The translations under genes were made by a program, and so were the position numbers. The notes under the pieces are model-generated. The model worked only from the letters and a program-made list of their open reading frames with translations, searched no databases and was not told where the DNA came from. A stretch of DNA of 64,000 bases. Source: a bacterium (GTDB lineage: Bacteria; Electryoneota; Electryoneia; Electryoneales; Electryoneaceae). The stretch lies in contig OY769902.1 in the NCBI GenBank assembly GCA_963669175.1, positions 4,000,001 to 4,064,000 on the forward strand. The letters run 5' to 3'. How positions within the stretch are numbered: position 1 is the stretch's first letter; each line of letters starts with the position of its first letter. Below are positions 29,257 through 39,259 of the stretch, piece by piece.

Positions 29257-29988
29257 TCAAATGAGTATGTTATCCGTATTTAAAAAACTACCGTCTGTCC
29301 CTAGTTTTTCTCCAATACCATCCAAGTCACCATTTCCACTTATTGCCATTATCACATTATTTTTTATTTGAGGGCGGGAGCTTGGATTCTGATCTGTTAT
29401 ACTTACTCCCTTTCCGCATTGATATATAGTCGAGTATTCAACAAGAATCGAGTTGTTATATTCCTGATCCCCGTGAGCGACACCAACGGCAGCGCCAAGA
29501 CAAGAGTCAATCTCACAGGAATCCACTTCAACGGTAGCATATTCCCATAAAACAATCGGACCAGAAGGATTCTGGTAAGCAGTTTCCTGATCGCCACCAT
29601 GCTTGATCACACAATGGCGAAAGGTTCCTGTTGCTATGGCAAGTGTGTCACCATTGAATTTGATAGATCCCCAGGAACCAATTGACGAGGTTGTGCCACA
29701 GAAAGTGATTGGATTTTCCTCTGTGCCGGAAGCGGTCAAGGTTGCGCCGCCGTCGATGATGAGGGAGTTATCAACCGCAAACTTGACAGTCGTGCCTGCT
29801 TGGATCGTCAGCATCCCGGACGTCAGACGCACTTCGTCATTGAGGTTGTTGATGATCCAGGTCCGGTCATTGCCCCAAGTCGCGGGGCCGGCGATGCTGT
29901 CTGCGGACACCAAGCTGTCCGGCTGGGCGAACGTGATGGCGCTGACCGCGAGGAGCACGATCAACAGGAGGAAGGTTTTCCTCAGCAT
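29257..29988 (-). pseudogene. Truncated paralog of the 39260-42256 beta-helix protein
   Basis: Signal peptide and aligning motifs (G.LTI..G..V.F, GATL.A.G, G.WGSI, GGD, GAA.G..H.G, IY.C..G); homology stops near 29314 at a GGGACAG repeat; no CTD. Confidence 0.75.
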
Positions 29989-30010
29989 AAGCAACTCCTA
30001 TCTTCTTGTA

Positions 30011-30083
30011 GATCAACACTTCAGTGTTGATCCGTTGGAACACCGTGCGGGACTGGTCTGGCAACTGGATTCCGCGCGGTGTT
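30011..30083 (-). promoter_or_regulatory. Intergenic double hairpin
   Basis: GATCAACAC-TTCA-GTGTTGATC and AACACCGTGCGGGA...TTCCGCGCGGTGTT; equivalent structure at 42279-42351. Confidence 0.65.
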
Positions 30084-30089
30084 TTTTTG

Positions 30090-33000
30090 TCACTTGATAA
30101 GCAATACGCGAGTCGTCCTGACTTCCTTTCTTGTCTTAAGTTGCACGAAATAGACACCCGAGGCTAGGCCAGAAGTGTCATACGATTTTAGATGTACACC
30201 GGCTTGGAGTTGAGGCCAGTCTATTGTGAAAACGGGTTGTCCAAGGATATTGAATAGTGCGAGCTGTACCGTGGTTTGGCATGGTAGCGCGAATACCACC
30301 GTCTGTCTTGAGTTGAAGGGATTGGGGTATACCGAATCAAGGATGAACCTCTCAGGAATATCAAGATGCTCCTGATACACCGAGAGTGGATATGTATAGC
30401 TCATGCCAAATGGCCCACCCCACAAGCCGATATCATTACGAGTGCTGTCCAGATCGAAATAGGCGGTGTCTGGACACCCTGCATTGATCAAGGGCGATAG
30501 GTCATAGAGGAAAAAGTCCGTGGTATCAGCAAAGAGCGGATCTACAAATAAGTTTGTGCTATCCAGTTCAACATCAGGTGCTATCGAGTCATTATTGAAA
30601 AAACAATTATAATGAAAATTATCAAGTAAAACACCAACATCTTCTGTTCGTACTGAAATACTATTACCATAAAATGCGTTATTAATGATATCAGGAAGAA
30701 GATCACCGTCATGATATTGCCATACTACCAAGCCAGATCCTTCTCCATAAAAGATATTGTTACTTATTAACAAATCATAATAATTATGTAATGATATTAA
30801 TCCTATAGAACGCTGACTATTATTACCAAAAAATAAATTATTAGAAATATGCCCTGTAAGCATATGATCAAAATTAACACCAGTACCAGGATTATAGAAT
30901 CTGTTATTGATAATTTCAGCATGTCCCCCACCCAGATGTATAGCTGCCATGTCAACAAATAGATTGCCTTTAATCGACAATTCTGCTGCATAGCCATTTA
31001 CACCAGCACCGTTCAAATAAGAGTTATGTAGACTAAATCTCCCTGAATAGCAGTATAAAAAGGTAAATGTTCCGCCTTGTATCTGGATAAATTCAGAAGA
31101 ATCAATATCTACAGTTGAATGTCTTATCATATGAATGCTTTCATAATTGTCTGTGAGTCTGGAATGGCGGATAACTAGGTGTGTAGAATCGAGATTTGCT
31201 GCATAGGTCGGATACTCTGCAACTACGTATCGAAAATGTGACGTATCTGTGTGGCTGTAGAAATAAATCCCTCGAAAGCCGCCCACCATGGTAATACTAT
31301 CAGCAGTGACAAAACGAATGCCATCCTGTACAGTCCCCTCCGCAATCAACCTCCCATACACATCCAATCCAATGCGCTGCTCTGGATCTTCCACATATCT
31401 GAACTGCAATTCACACCCCGGTTCGATGACAAGGCTATCGCCTTCGGAGACGATGATATCTTCGACTACGTAGAACGGACTGTCTTCCACATACAAAATC
31501 CCGCTGATCTCACCACTCAGCAGCGTACGCTGGTCCACATCCACTGAGACGATTGATGAGTCTGTCTGCCCTTCGCCGTCTTCCACAATCACAGAAAAAC
31601 TGAAGTCTTCGGCGTCTTCGGGTACAATTCCCGAGACGGCCGTCGTGTCGCTGACCCAATCCAGCTCGTCCTCTTCGGTCAGCCACTCGGGCAAGTCAGG
31701 AAAGGTGAAGTCAAATGGGCCGCTGTCATCGGTTGCAGTGATCTGGATACGGAGCGGTTGCCCGGTTTGGGCGAATACCTCTTCAGGGATGGTCTGGACT
31801 GGCGGGTTATCTATAGTTTGGTTGTAGTAGAAGCACCCGATATCGGCTCGAGTGTCGTCGGGATCGTCAGGGCTGTCAGGATCACCGGCGTCAATGCACG
31901 GGCTGCTGGCCTGCAACGAATAATCAAAGGGAATGCCGCCAGCCAGGTAAGGATCAGTAACCAAATTCGTTTCATCCAGTTCGAATCCGAAGACTGCGGC
32001 AGTGATATCCCCGAAACAATTGTACTGGACACTAACAGGAACAGCGCCCACACGGCACTGAATTCCAGTGGCATTTACATTGTCACCAAGAAAAATGTTG
32101 TTCCGGAATGTGGTTGTATCCGCATCCGACACTTCAACCCCATAACGCCGAAAACGGACAGTATTATTAAAAAAAGTCATATCTGTATTGGAACAGCATT
32201 GGACGCCATCTTGTTGGCCATAAATTACATTCCCTGACATCTCAACATGACTGTATGATAAATCTACAGCGCAAGCTAGAGGCGACACAATGATATTGTT
32301 CTGTAAAGTGCCTGATACTTCACATATTTCGATGGCTTCAAGTACATTATTAATGATTGTCACATTGCATTCAGTGGCATATAATCCCTGGTCTTGACCG
32401 GCTCCCTGGATAGTATTGCCTGATATAACATATTCACCCCAATAGAAATCAACATTCAACATCGTGTTGTTGATTACATAAGCATTGCTTCTGTAAAGCT
32501 CAACCAAACCAAGTGTATTGTTCTCTATATATGCTTCATAATAATCAGTATCAACATGCAGGTTAGCATTGGGCGTACTGTTGTCGATGATAAGAACCGG
32601 GCCTTCGCTGTTAATTGTAATCGTATGTGATGTCGCTGGCGGCACTGCGTCGAACTCGTTGTGACTGAGGGTGTCCACTCCAAACCAGGTTCTGTACGCC
32701 ATGGTAGTGGCACATTCAATACGACTATTAGTTATAGTGGTCTCACAATACCATAAATCAACAGGAAGCGATGCTTCTTCGACAACGCAATATTCGAGTT
32801 TAAGGCGCCTGATTGACTCTGTATTTGGTGAAGAGAAACCAGCGAATGGGTAGTCCTCGGAAGCAAAGTAGATTGAATCTCCCTGTTCACCTTGTGCGAA
32901 TAACGCACCTAACACAATTATTGCGTATTGGTTTGTACTGTCCTGATCCTGAAACTCAACTGTCACTCCCGGCTCGATTAGGAGCGTATCGCCTTCGGGG

Positions 33001-33227
33001 ACGATCAGGGTGTCGGTGACGAGATAGGGGGAGCCGTCCGTGTCCCACACACCGGAGACTTCGCCGGAGACAAACGTCTCCGCGAGCACGGGGGTGGTCA
33101 GCAACAGCAGGTACAAGATCAGGCAGGCTATGCGCGGGAAAAACGTCACTCTGATCTGGGGCAAAGTTACGGAATGCGCGTGTTCAGTCGGGAAACTCCG
33201 AGCATTCCCCGGTTTCATTTGTTTCAT
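30090..33227 (-). CDS. Secreted protein A1: two parallel beta-helix regions, Ig/cadherin-like domain, T9SS-like CTD
   Basis: ETFVSGEVSGVW, SPCIDAGDP..DPD.TRADIG, N-rich PbH-type repeats, VYPNPFN. Confidence 0.85.
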   Translation of the reverse strand: MKQMKPGNARSFPTEHAHSVTLPQIRVTFFPRIACLILYLLLLTTPVLAETFVSGEVSGVWDTDGSPYLVTDTLIVPEGDTLLIEPGVTVEFQDQDSTNQYAIIVLGALFAQGEQGDSIYFASEDYPFAGFSSPNTESIRRLKLEYCVVEEASLPVDLWYCETTITNSRIECATTMAYRTWFGVDTLSHNEFDAVPPATSHTITINSEGPVLIIDNSTPNANLHVDTDYYEAYIENNTLGLVELYRSNAYVINNTMLNVDFYWGEYVISGNTIQGAGQDQGLYATECNVTIINNVLEAIEICEVSGTLQNNIIVSPLACAVDLSYSHVEMSGNVIYGQQDGVQCCSNTDMTFFNNTVRFRRYGVEVSDADTTTFRNNIFLGDNVNATGIQCRVGAVPVSVQYNCFGDITAAVFGFELDETNLVTDPYLAGGIPFDYSLQASSPCIDAGDPDSPDDPDDTRADIGCFYYNQTIDNPPVQTIPEEVFAQTGQPLRIQITATDDSGPFDFTFPDLPEWLTEEDELDWVSDTTAVSGIVPEDAEDFSFSVIVEDGEGQTDSSIVSVDVDQRTLLSGEISGILYVEDSPFYVVEDIIVSEGDSLVIEPGCELQFRYVEDPEQRIGLDVYGRLIAEGTVQDGIRFVTADSITMVGGFRGIYFYSHTDTSHFRYVVAEYPTYAANLDSTHLVIRHSRLTDNYESIHMIRHSTVDIDSSEFIQIQGGTFTFLYCYSGRFSLHNSYLNGAGVNGYAAELSIKGNLFVDMAAIHLGGGHAEIINNRFYNPGTGVNFDHMLTGHISNNLFFGNNSQRSIGLISLHNYYDLLISNNIFYGEGSGLVVWQYHDGDLLPDIINNAFYGNSISVRTEDVGVLLDNFHYNCFFNNDSIAPDVELDSTNLFVDPLFADTTDFFLYDLSPLINAGCPDTAYFDLDSTRNDIGLWGGPFGMSYTYPLSVYQEHLDIPERFILDSVYPNPFNSRQTVVFALPCQTTVQLALFNILGQPVFTIDWPQLQAGVHLKSYDTSGLASGVYFVQLKTRKEVRTTRVLLIK

Positions 33228-33400
33228 AACCTCTCCTGCTCATGACATACTGAAACGTAAGCACAGACCATTTCAGATGCAAACCACGAGCAAATTTCGA
33301 AAAAAAAGACTTACATCTTAGCAGAAAGGCACGCGACAACCTGAACAGTTATATATTGTCCCATCAGCAGTAAGTGGAACGCTATGATAGATTACCGAGA

Positions 33401-33523
33401 TGTCATTCCCACGCATGTGGGAATCTACTCCCTTCGAATTGCCGGAGGAGATCCCCGCCTTTGTTCACGGCTGTGCTTCGCACCCCGCAAGCTTCGCTTC
33501 GCTACGGTTCGCAGGGGATGACA
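33401..33523. repeat. Inverted pair of TGTCATYCC-type REP-like palindromes
   Basis: TGTCATTCCCACGCATGTGGGAATCT and GAGATCCCCG...GCAGGGGATGACA. Confidence 0.7.
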
Positions 33524-33551
33524 GCATGAGACATTTCTTTCAACTTTAATC

Positions 33552-36152
33552 TCAATCAGCCAGCGCTACAACCGACTTGACTTTGTGGGCGAGTTCGGAA
33601 ATGGAGAAGGGTTTCTGGATATAGGTGATATCTTCTTGCAGGACGCCACGTTTGGAGATAATATCGGCTGTATATCCGGACATGTAGATGACTCTCAGAC
33701 CGGGACGGGATTGTCTCAAGCGATCGGCGAAATCTTTCCCGTTCATGGTTGGCATCACGACATCAGTCAGCAGCACATCCACATCCGCCAGGCCGTTTTC
33801 AACCATCTCGATCGCTTCAAACGGGGTATGCGCAGTGTACACGGTATAGCCCAGTCCGCTCAGCGCACGTTCGCCGAGACGCAGAATCGCCTGCTCATCT
33901 TCTACGATCAGAATGCTTGCTGTCCCACGTTCCAGCGATGTTGATTTTCCTGTCAATTCCTCCGAGCCGGATTCTCTTTCGTAGCGCGGGAACATAATGG
34001 TGAACGTGGTCCCCTCGCCCGGTTCACTGTAGACATGGATGATACCGTTGTTCTGCTTCACGATACCGTAGATAGTCGCCAGCCCGAGGCCGGTCCCTTT
34101 CCCCTGCTCTTTGGTTGTATAGAAGGGCTCGAAGATGTGGTTCAGGGTCTCTTTATCCATCCCGCAACCGTTATCACTGAGGGAAAGCTTGACATAGTCC
34201 CCTTCAGCGGCGTCCATATGGCTGGATACATAGTCTTCATCCATGTGGACATTGGCCGTCTCGACAGAAATATACCCGATCCCGCCAATCGCATCCCGAG
34301 CATTGACCGCCAGGTTGACTACGATCTGGTTGACCTGTATGGGATCAAGCTTCACCTGCCAGAGTTCATGCCCCGGCAGCCAGGAAAGCTCGATTTCCTC
34401 GCCGATGAGACGCTGGATCATTTTCAGCATGCCACCGATTGTCTTGTTCAGGTCCAACGGAGAGGGCTGAACTGTCTGTTGACGTGCGAAGGCGAGAAGC
34501 TGTTGTGTCAGGGCCGTTGAACGATCCGCTGCGTTTGAGATCTCTTCGAGGAATTCAACCATGTCAGGACTCAGGTTGTCTTCCGACATGGCCAGTTCGC
34601 AATTGCCCTGTATGGTTTGCAGCATGTTGTTGAAATCATGCGCCACGCCACCGGCCAGTTGCCCGATGGATTCCAGCTTCTGCGATTGGCGCAGTTGTTC
34701 TTCCAGATGTTCCTGTTCGGTGACATCGCGCAGAACACCCAATATCGCCCGGCCGTCCTTGTAGTCAATCTCTGTTGTGGATGCCTGGACACGGAAGCTG
34801 TTTCCATTCACATGGACAATTGAGAACTTCCACACAGCCACCGGTTGATTGGCAGCATTCCGTGGCGCGAAGCGCTCTTTTACAATTTCACGATCTGACG
34901 ATAGGACACAATTGGTAAAATCGAAACCCGGATGCGTTATATCTTCTTCAGAGCGCCCTGTCAGTTGAGCGAACTTGGGATTGATCAGGTCAAAACGCCC
35001 CTCGTACAGGATAAAGAGGGCGTCATTGGATTGGTCAATCACGCTACGGAATCTCGATTCGCTTTCCCGCAGCACCTGTTCTGCCCGTTTGAGTTCTGTG
35101 ATATCAATCGCCAGCTCGAACAGCACATCACGTCCATCCGGCCAGCGAATCATCTGGTCCGTAATCGCGAAATGACGTTCCAGGGTGGGATTGTACTGCT
35201 CCCATTCGATTGCTTTTCCACTTTCGGGTAGCTCTTTCCATTTACAGAACGGGCACTCACTGTCTCTTCCATACAAGGCGCGATAACAGGCCTGTCCTAC
35301 GGGATCGCCGCCAAGCAGTTTTGCCATGGATTCATTGGTAAAAAGAACCTCATGGTTTTCAGTGTCAGCAACATACAGGTTCTCCGGCACCGCATTGAGA
35401 ATGGCCAGAAACTGCGCATGTTGTTCCTGTACCTGTAGCCGGGTCTGCTCGAGATTCTCCTGGTGGCTTTGAATACGTTCAAGCAGCGTGTTGAACTCTT
35501 CATACAAACGTCCGATTTCATTGTCCGAGGGCTTTTCAATCCGGGCTGTGTAATCATGAGATGCAGATATTTTCCCCATATGCCCAATCAGGCGGTCTAT
35601 AGGCTGCGTAATGACTTTCTGCCAGCGTGACGCGAAGAGGAAAGCGAGAACAACCAGCACGACCAGCAGAAGTAAAAGGATTCCGGTCAAAAACAGGAGG
35701 CGGGTGTACAGGCTGGTTGTTGAGGAAACCAGGTACAAATGCCCGTATAACATACCACGGTATTCGATAGGAACCCTGGTGATCAAGTATCCTTTATCGA
35801 AGGTGGTTTCGCCGGAATCCTGCCGGTTCAGTTGATACAGGGAAGTATCTCCATATACGGCGAACATCTCGCCATCACTGTCATAGACGTATGCGTTAAG
35901 AATCTCTGGAATGGTAACAGCTTTATGCAGAATTTCGTTTGCCGCAGTTGAATCGTAAAACACGAGAGGGGAAACCAGATATTCCGCCATCAACATACCA
36001 TGCAGACGATTCTCATGAATGATAATATTCCTGGTATTGTTATAATCCTCAATTACCACCCCGGTGAATCCGATTAGAAGCAACAGCGCTGTGGTGGAAA
36101 CTACGATCAGCACAATGGACACGCGAATGGATGTATCTTTCAGAGGTTTCAT
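33552..36152 (-). CDS. Hybrid sensor histidine kinase (periplasmic CHASE8-like, HAMP, two PAS, HisKA, HATPase, REC)
   Basis: QSQKLESIGQLAGGVAHDFNN, NLAVNARDA, DNGCGM, GTGLGL, LLTDVVMP. Confidence 0.92.
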   Translation of the reverse strand: MKPLKDTSIRVSIVLIVVSTTALLLLIGFTGVVIEDYNNTRNIIIHENRLHGMLMAEYLVSPLVFYDSTAANEILHKAVTIPEILNAYVYDSDGEMFAVYGDTSLYQLNRQDSGETTFDKGYLITRVPIEYRGMLYGHLYLVSSTTSLYTRLLFLTGILLLLLVVLVVLAFLFASRWQKVITQPIDRLIGHMGKISASHDYTARIEKPSDNEIGRLYEEFNTLLERIQSHQENLEQTRLQVQEQHAQFLAILNAVPENLYVADTENHEVLFTNESMAKLLGGDPVGQACYRALYGRDSECPFCKWKELPESGKAIEWEQYNPTLERHFAITDQMIRWPDGRDVLFELAIDITELKRAEQVLRESESRFRSVIDQSNDALFILYEGRFDLINPKFAQLTGRSEEDITHPGFDFTNCVLSSDREIVKERFAPRNAANQPVAVWKFSIVHVNGNSFRVQASTTEIDYKDGRAILGVLRDVTEQEHLEEQLRQSQKLESIGQLAGGVAHDFNNMLQTIQGNCELAMSEDNLSPDMVEFLEEISNAADRSTALTQQLLAFARQQTVQPSPLDLNKTIGGMLKMIQRLIGEEIELSWLPGHELWQVKLDPIQVNQIVVNLAVNARDAIGGIGYISVETANVHMDEDYVSSHMDAAEGDYVKLSLSDNGCGMDKETLNHIFEPFYTTKEQGKGTGLGLATIYGIVKQNNGIIHVYSEPGEGTTFTIMFPRYERESGSEELTGKSTSLERGTASILIVEDEQAILRLGERALSGLGYTVYTAHTPFEAIEMVENGLADVDVLLTDVVMPTMNGKDFADRLRQSRPGLRVIYMSGYTADIISKRGVLQEDITYIQKPFSISELAHKVKSVVALAD

Positions 36153-36161
36153 AGTCTGCTC

Positions 36162-36734
36162 CTATTGTATCACGTTATCAGCTAACTGGAGCAGTCTGAA
36201 GTCTACATTGAGATGGGCTTCTGCGATTGCCTTGCGGTTGATATCAAAGCGAACTCTCTGATCCACAAGTTTCAGCCCGATGTGAACTCCTTCTGTTACC
36301 CTGCGAGCGCTATTATCCACAACCAGCACCGGTTGGTTGGCAATCTCATGCAGGAACTCTTTGACCTCCGTATCGGAATCCTTATTCACAAAAACAACAT
36401 CACAGTTGTGAGCATCAGCAACAGTAGTAAGATTGATGACTTTCACTTCACGGTTTTTAATCCTCTCTCGCCCAACAACTTCTTCAAGGATGTTGCCAAA
36501 AGGGTTTTCACCCAAAATACCGATGACAAAATCATCTGTTGCTGTAATGGAATCTGAGGTGGCAGGCCAGTCTATGAAGGTGCAGAAGCGAGTCAGAAAG
36601 AGGGCTTTGATCACATACTCATTGTTCGATGTTTGCGGCGCAGCCTGCGAGACCAGCACACAGAAAAATGAAGCATGTATTAGCCATTTGGTAATCGCGT
36701 TTTTCGACATACGTGATCCTGTTTGGTAGGGCAA
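36162..36734 (-). CDS. YfiR-family (DUF4154) periplasmic protein
   Basis: EYVIKALFL..F..FIDWP, IGILGENPF, VRFDIN..A, LLQLA; start may be ATG 36710. Confidence 0.88.
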   Translation of the reverse strand: MPYQTGSRMSKNAITKWLIHASFFCVLVSQAAPQTSNNEYVIKALFLTRFCTFIDWPATSDSITATDDFVIGILGENPFGNILEEVVGRERIKNREVKVINLTTVADAHNCDVVFVNKDSDTEVKEFLHEIANQPVLVVDNSARRVTEGVHIGLKLVDQRVRFDINRKAIAEAHLNVDFRLLQLADNVIQ

Positions 36735-36875
36735 ACAAGAGAACCTCAGCTATTATAAACATATTCTTTTTCTAAAGCCATATCAATTCTGCAATTCCCG
36801 CGAGAACAGAACTTTTCCTTGCACCGTGAGCACGACAGTCCTACATTATTTTCAGGTATTAGGGGAGGTGCGGCT

Positions 36876-39200
36876 ATGGTATCAGGCTCAGGATTGTTAC
36901 GGTTCTGCGGAATTCTCGTTCTATTCCTTCATTTTTGTTCATTCACTCCACTGCTTGCTACTGATGTTCCGTCTGAATTGCTGGATTTATCGCTCGAAGA
37001 ATTAATGCAGGTGGAAGTATATTCCGGTTCCATCACGGGCACTGAGCGAAAGAATATCCCGGTTGCAACCACAGTTATCACACGTAATATGATACGCACC
37101 ACCCCGGCACGGAACCTGCTTGACCTGATAGAAATCTATGTTCCCGGCGCGACCTACGTGAACCATTTCATGGGGCCACGCATCGGGTTCCGTGGTGTGC
37201 TGGGCGACCAGAACTACTCTTTCCTGCTCCTGGTGAATGGCCGCGACATGAATCTGCGCATGTTGCAAGGTCCTCAATACGAGTTGGAAAACAAAGAGCT
37301 GAATGATATTAAGCGGATCGAAATCATCCGTGGTCCCGGATCGGTCACCTACGGTCCCGGCGCTATCGGTGGCGTTATCAACATCATTACCACCTCCACT
37401 GAAGATGCCCCTGAAGGAGTTTTGGTCAATGCCGAGAGTAACCTGGGCTATCGTTACAACAACGGTTTTGTCCAATACGCACACAAGACCGATAACCTGA
37501 AAATCATGGCTAACGCCAGTTTCAGTCGTTCTACGGGGCTGAAGGATTCCAAGTTTTATTATGTCTGCTGGGCGGATGTCTGCGGTTACGGTTTTATGGA
37601 CGCAGACTGGGGCAGTCAAGGCTACGGCTCCCCCGCCCCGAACATGATGGCTGATTTCGATGACCGGCCCGAGTACAAGTTCGACTTTGATATGCTGTAC
37701 AAGGACCGGCTACGTCTTTGGATGCGGTACACCTCCTTCGAACACATCAAGCTGATACAGGAACAGAGCTCTCTCGAAGGACCGGCCTTTTCCGGTATTG
37801 AAGGCGCCTCGTTTATCGCGATGAGTGAATACGGCATTGACCTGAGCGAAAAGGTTCATCTGGATGCATCGGCAGGGTTCGACAGCAAACGATACCGTGA
37901 CCACGCCCTGATGTACGGCTCACAACAACCGTTCGACGATGTCCTGCAACGCTCTGCTTCATTCTCCGAAAACATAATCAGCGGTCGTCTCGTGGGAAAT
38001 TATTCCCCGTCAGATCACCTTGAGCTGGCCCTCGGCAGTGAAGCCGAATACCAGTGGTACGGCCCGGAATGGGGTGAAGACAAGAATACATTCCTCTACA
38101 GGTTTCAGGTTCCTTTGATGTACGTCGTTCTGGACCCGAGTTCGGAATTCCACCAACATGTCATCAACAATAATGTTACGACAGTACTGGAGGATGCTCC
38201 TGACGGACACATGGTGTCCTTTTTCGGCGAAGCGAACTGGAATATTCATGACCGTACCGTGCTGCTCTTATCTGCTCGTGCGGACAAGCATGTATATGCC
38301 GACTGGGCGCTGTCACCACGTATTGCGGTTATGACTTCCCTGAATGACGCCAACCATCTGCGCGCGGTGCTGCAACAATCGGTACGGCTCCCGCTATTCT
38401 CCGACCTTTTTTCGCAGGATTATATCAGCAATGGCATTAGCGAAACTGAACGAGTGACCGGCGTTGAGCTGGCCTACACGAGATTCCAGACGGCCAATCT
38501 CCAGTTTACCGCCACGGGATACTACAATATCGTGGATCAGGTCGCGTGGCTGAGTGAAGAAGAACAGGCGGGGCGAGTCGGTACGTTTGAGTCGGTCGGT
38601 TTTGAACTGGAAGGCGCCTGGTCCGTGAATGGACGCACGATTGGCGGGAACTATTCTTTCATCGATCAGCTTTCCTGGGATGCGGCCGCGCCAACAGACG
38701 CCTATCTGACGAACATGGGCCCGGACTCGATTCAGGTTTCACTGGGTGACGCCTACGCCACCAACCGGATGAACAACCTGCCTCGCCATGCGATAAAACT
38801 CTTCTATGATCAGGATTTCGGAAGCCGTTTCCATGTACATGTGGATGGACGAGCCTACTGGAAATACGGCCAGATCGATATGCTGGAAATGTTTAAGCTG
38901 GCCCACGCCAAGTATGGCACGGACCACACACAGGAAGTCATGAACACGATCTATGATGAGATGCTGGACCACGGCTATACCCGCCCCTCCTTCACATCAA
39001 ACATCCAGGTCGGCTACACGTTACCCTGCGAAAAGGTTGACGCTACCCTGTCCCTCTACGCCATGAACCTGCTGTCCGTAAACCACGTCCGCTACGTCAT
39101 CCAGTACTGGGCCGCCGGGAACCAGCGCATGTTCCCACGTCAGTGCGGATTCGTCGAGGAACCGGCTGTGTTCGGGGCGACGCTACAGATACGCCTGTAA
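36876..39200 (+). CDS. TonB-dependent receptor
   Basis: LLDLSLEELMQVEV, LLLVNGR, IKRIEIIRGPGSVTYG..AIGGVINIIT; GGAGG before ATG 36876. Confidence 0.9.
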   Translation: MVSGSGLLRFCGILVLFLHFCSFTPLLATDVPSELLDLSLEELMQVEVYSGSITGTERKNIPVATTVITRNMIRTTPARNLLDLIEIYVPGATYVNHFMGPRIGFRGVLGDQNYSFLLLVNGRDMNLRMLQGPQYELENKELNDIKRIEIIRGPGSVTYGPGAIGGVINIITTSTEDAPEGVLVNAESNLGYRYNNGFVQYAHKTDNLKIMANASFSRSTGLKDSKFYYVCWADVCGYGFMDADWGSQGYGSPAPNMMADFDDRPEYKFDFDMLYKDRLRLWMRYTSFEHIKLIQEQSSLEGPAFSGIEGASFIAMSEYGIDLSEKVHLDASAGFDSKRYRDHALMYGSQQPFDDVLQRSASFSENIISGRLVGNYSPSDHLELALGSEAEYQWYGPEWGEDKNTFLYRFQVPLMYVVLDPSSEFHQHVINNNVTTVLEDAPDGHMVSFFGEANWNIHDRTVLLLSARADKHVYADWALSPRIAVMTSLNDANHLRAVLQQSVRLPLFSDLFSQDYISNGISETERVTGVELAYTRFQTANLQFTATGYYNIVDQVAWLSEEEQAGRVGTFESVGFELEGAWSVNGRTIGGNYSFIDQLSWDAAAPTDAYLTNMGPDSIQVSLGDAYATNRMNNLPRHAIKLFYDQDFGSRFHVHVDGRAYWKYGQIDMLEMFKLAHAKYGTDHTQEVMNTIYDEMLDHGYTRPSFTSNIQVGYTLPCEKVDATLSLYAMNLLSVNHVRYVIQYWAAGNQRMFPRQCGFVEEPAVFGATLQIRL

Positions 39201-39234
39201 AAAAGACCGCCATATATAAACCTTGGCGGTCTTT
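39199..39234. terminator. Bidirectional terminator between convergent genes
   Basis: AAAGACCGCCA-N-TGGCGGTCTTT. Confidence 0.75.
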
Positions 39235-39259
39235 CGGTAAAACATATAGCATCAAGAAA

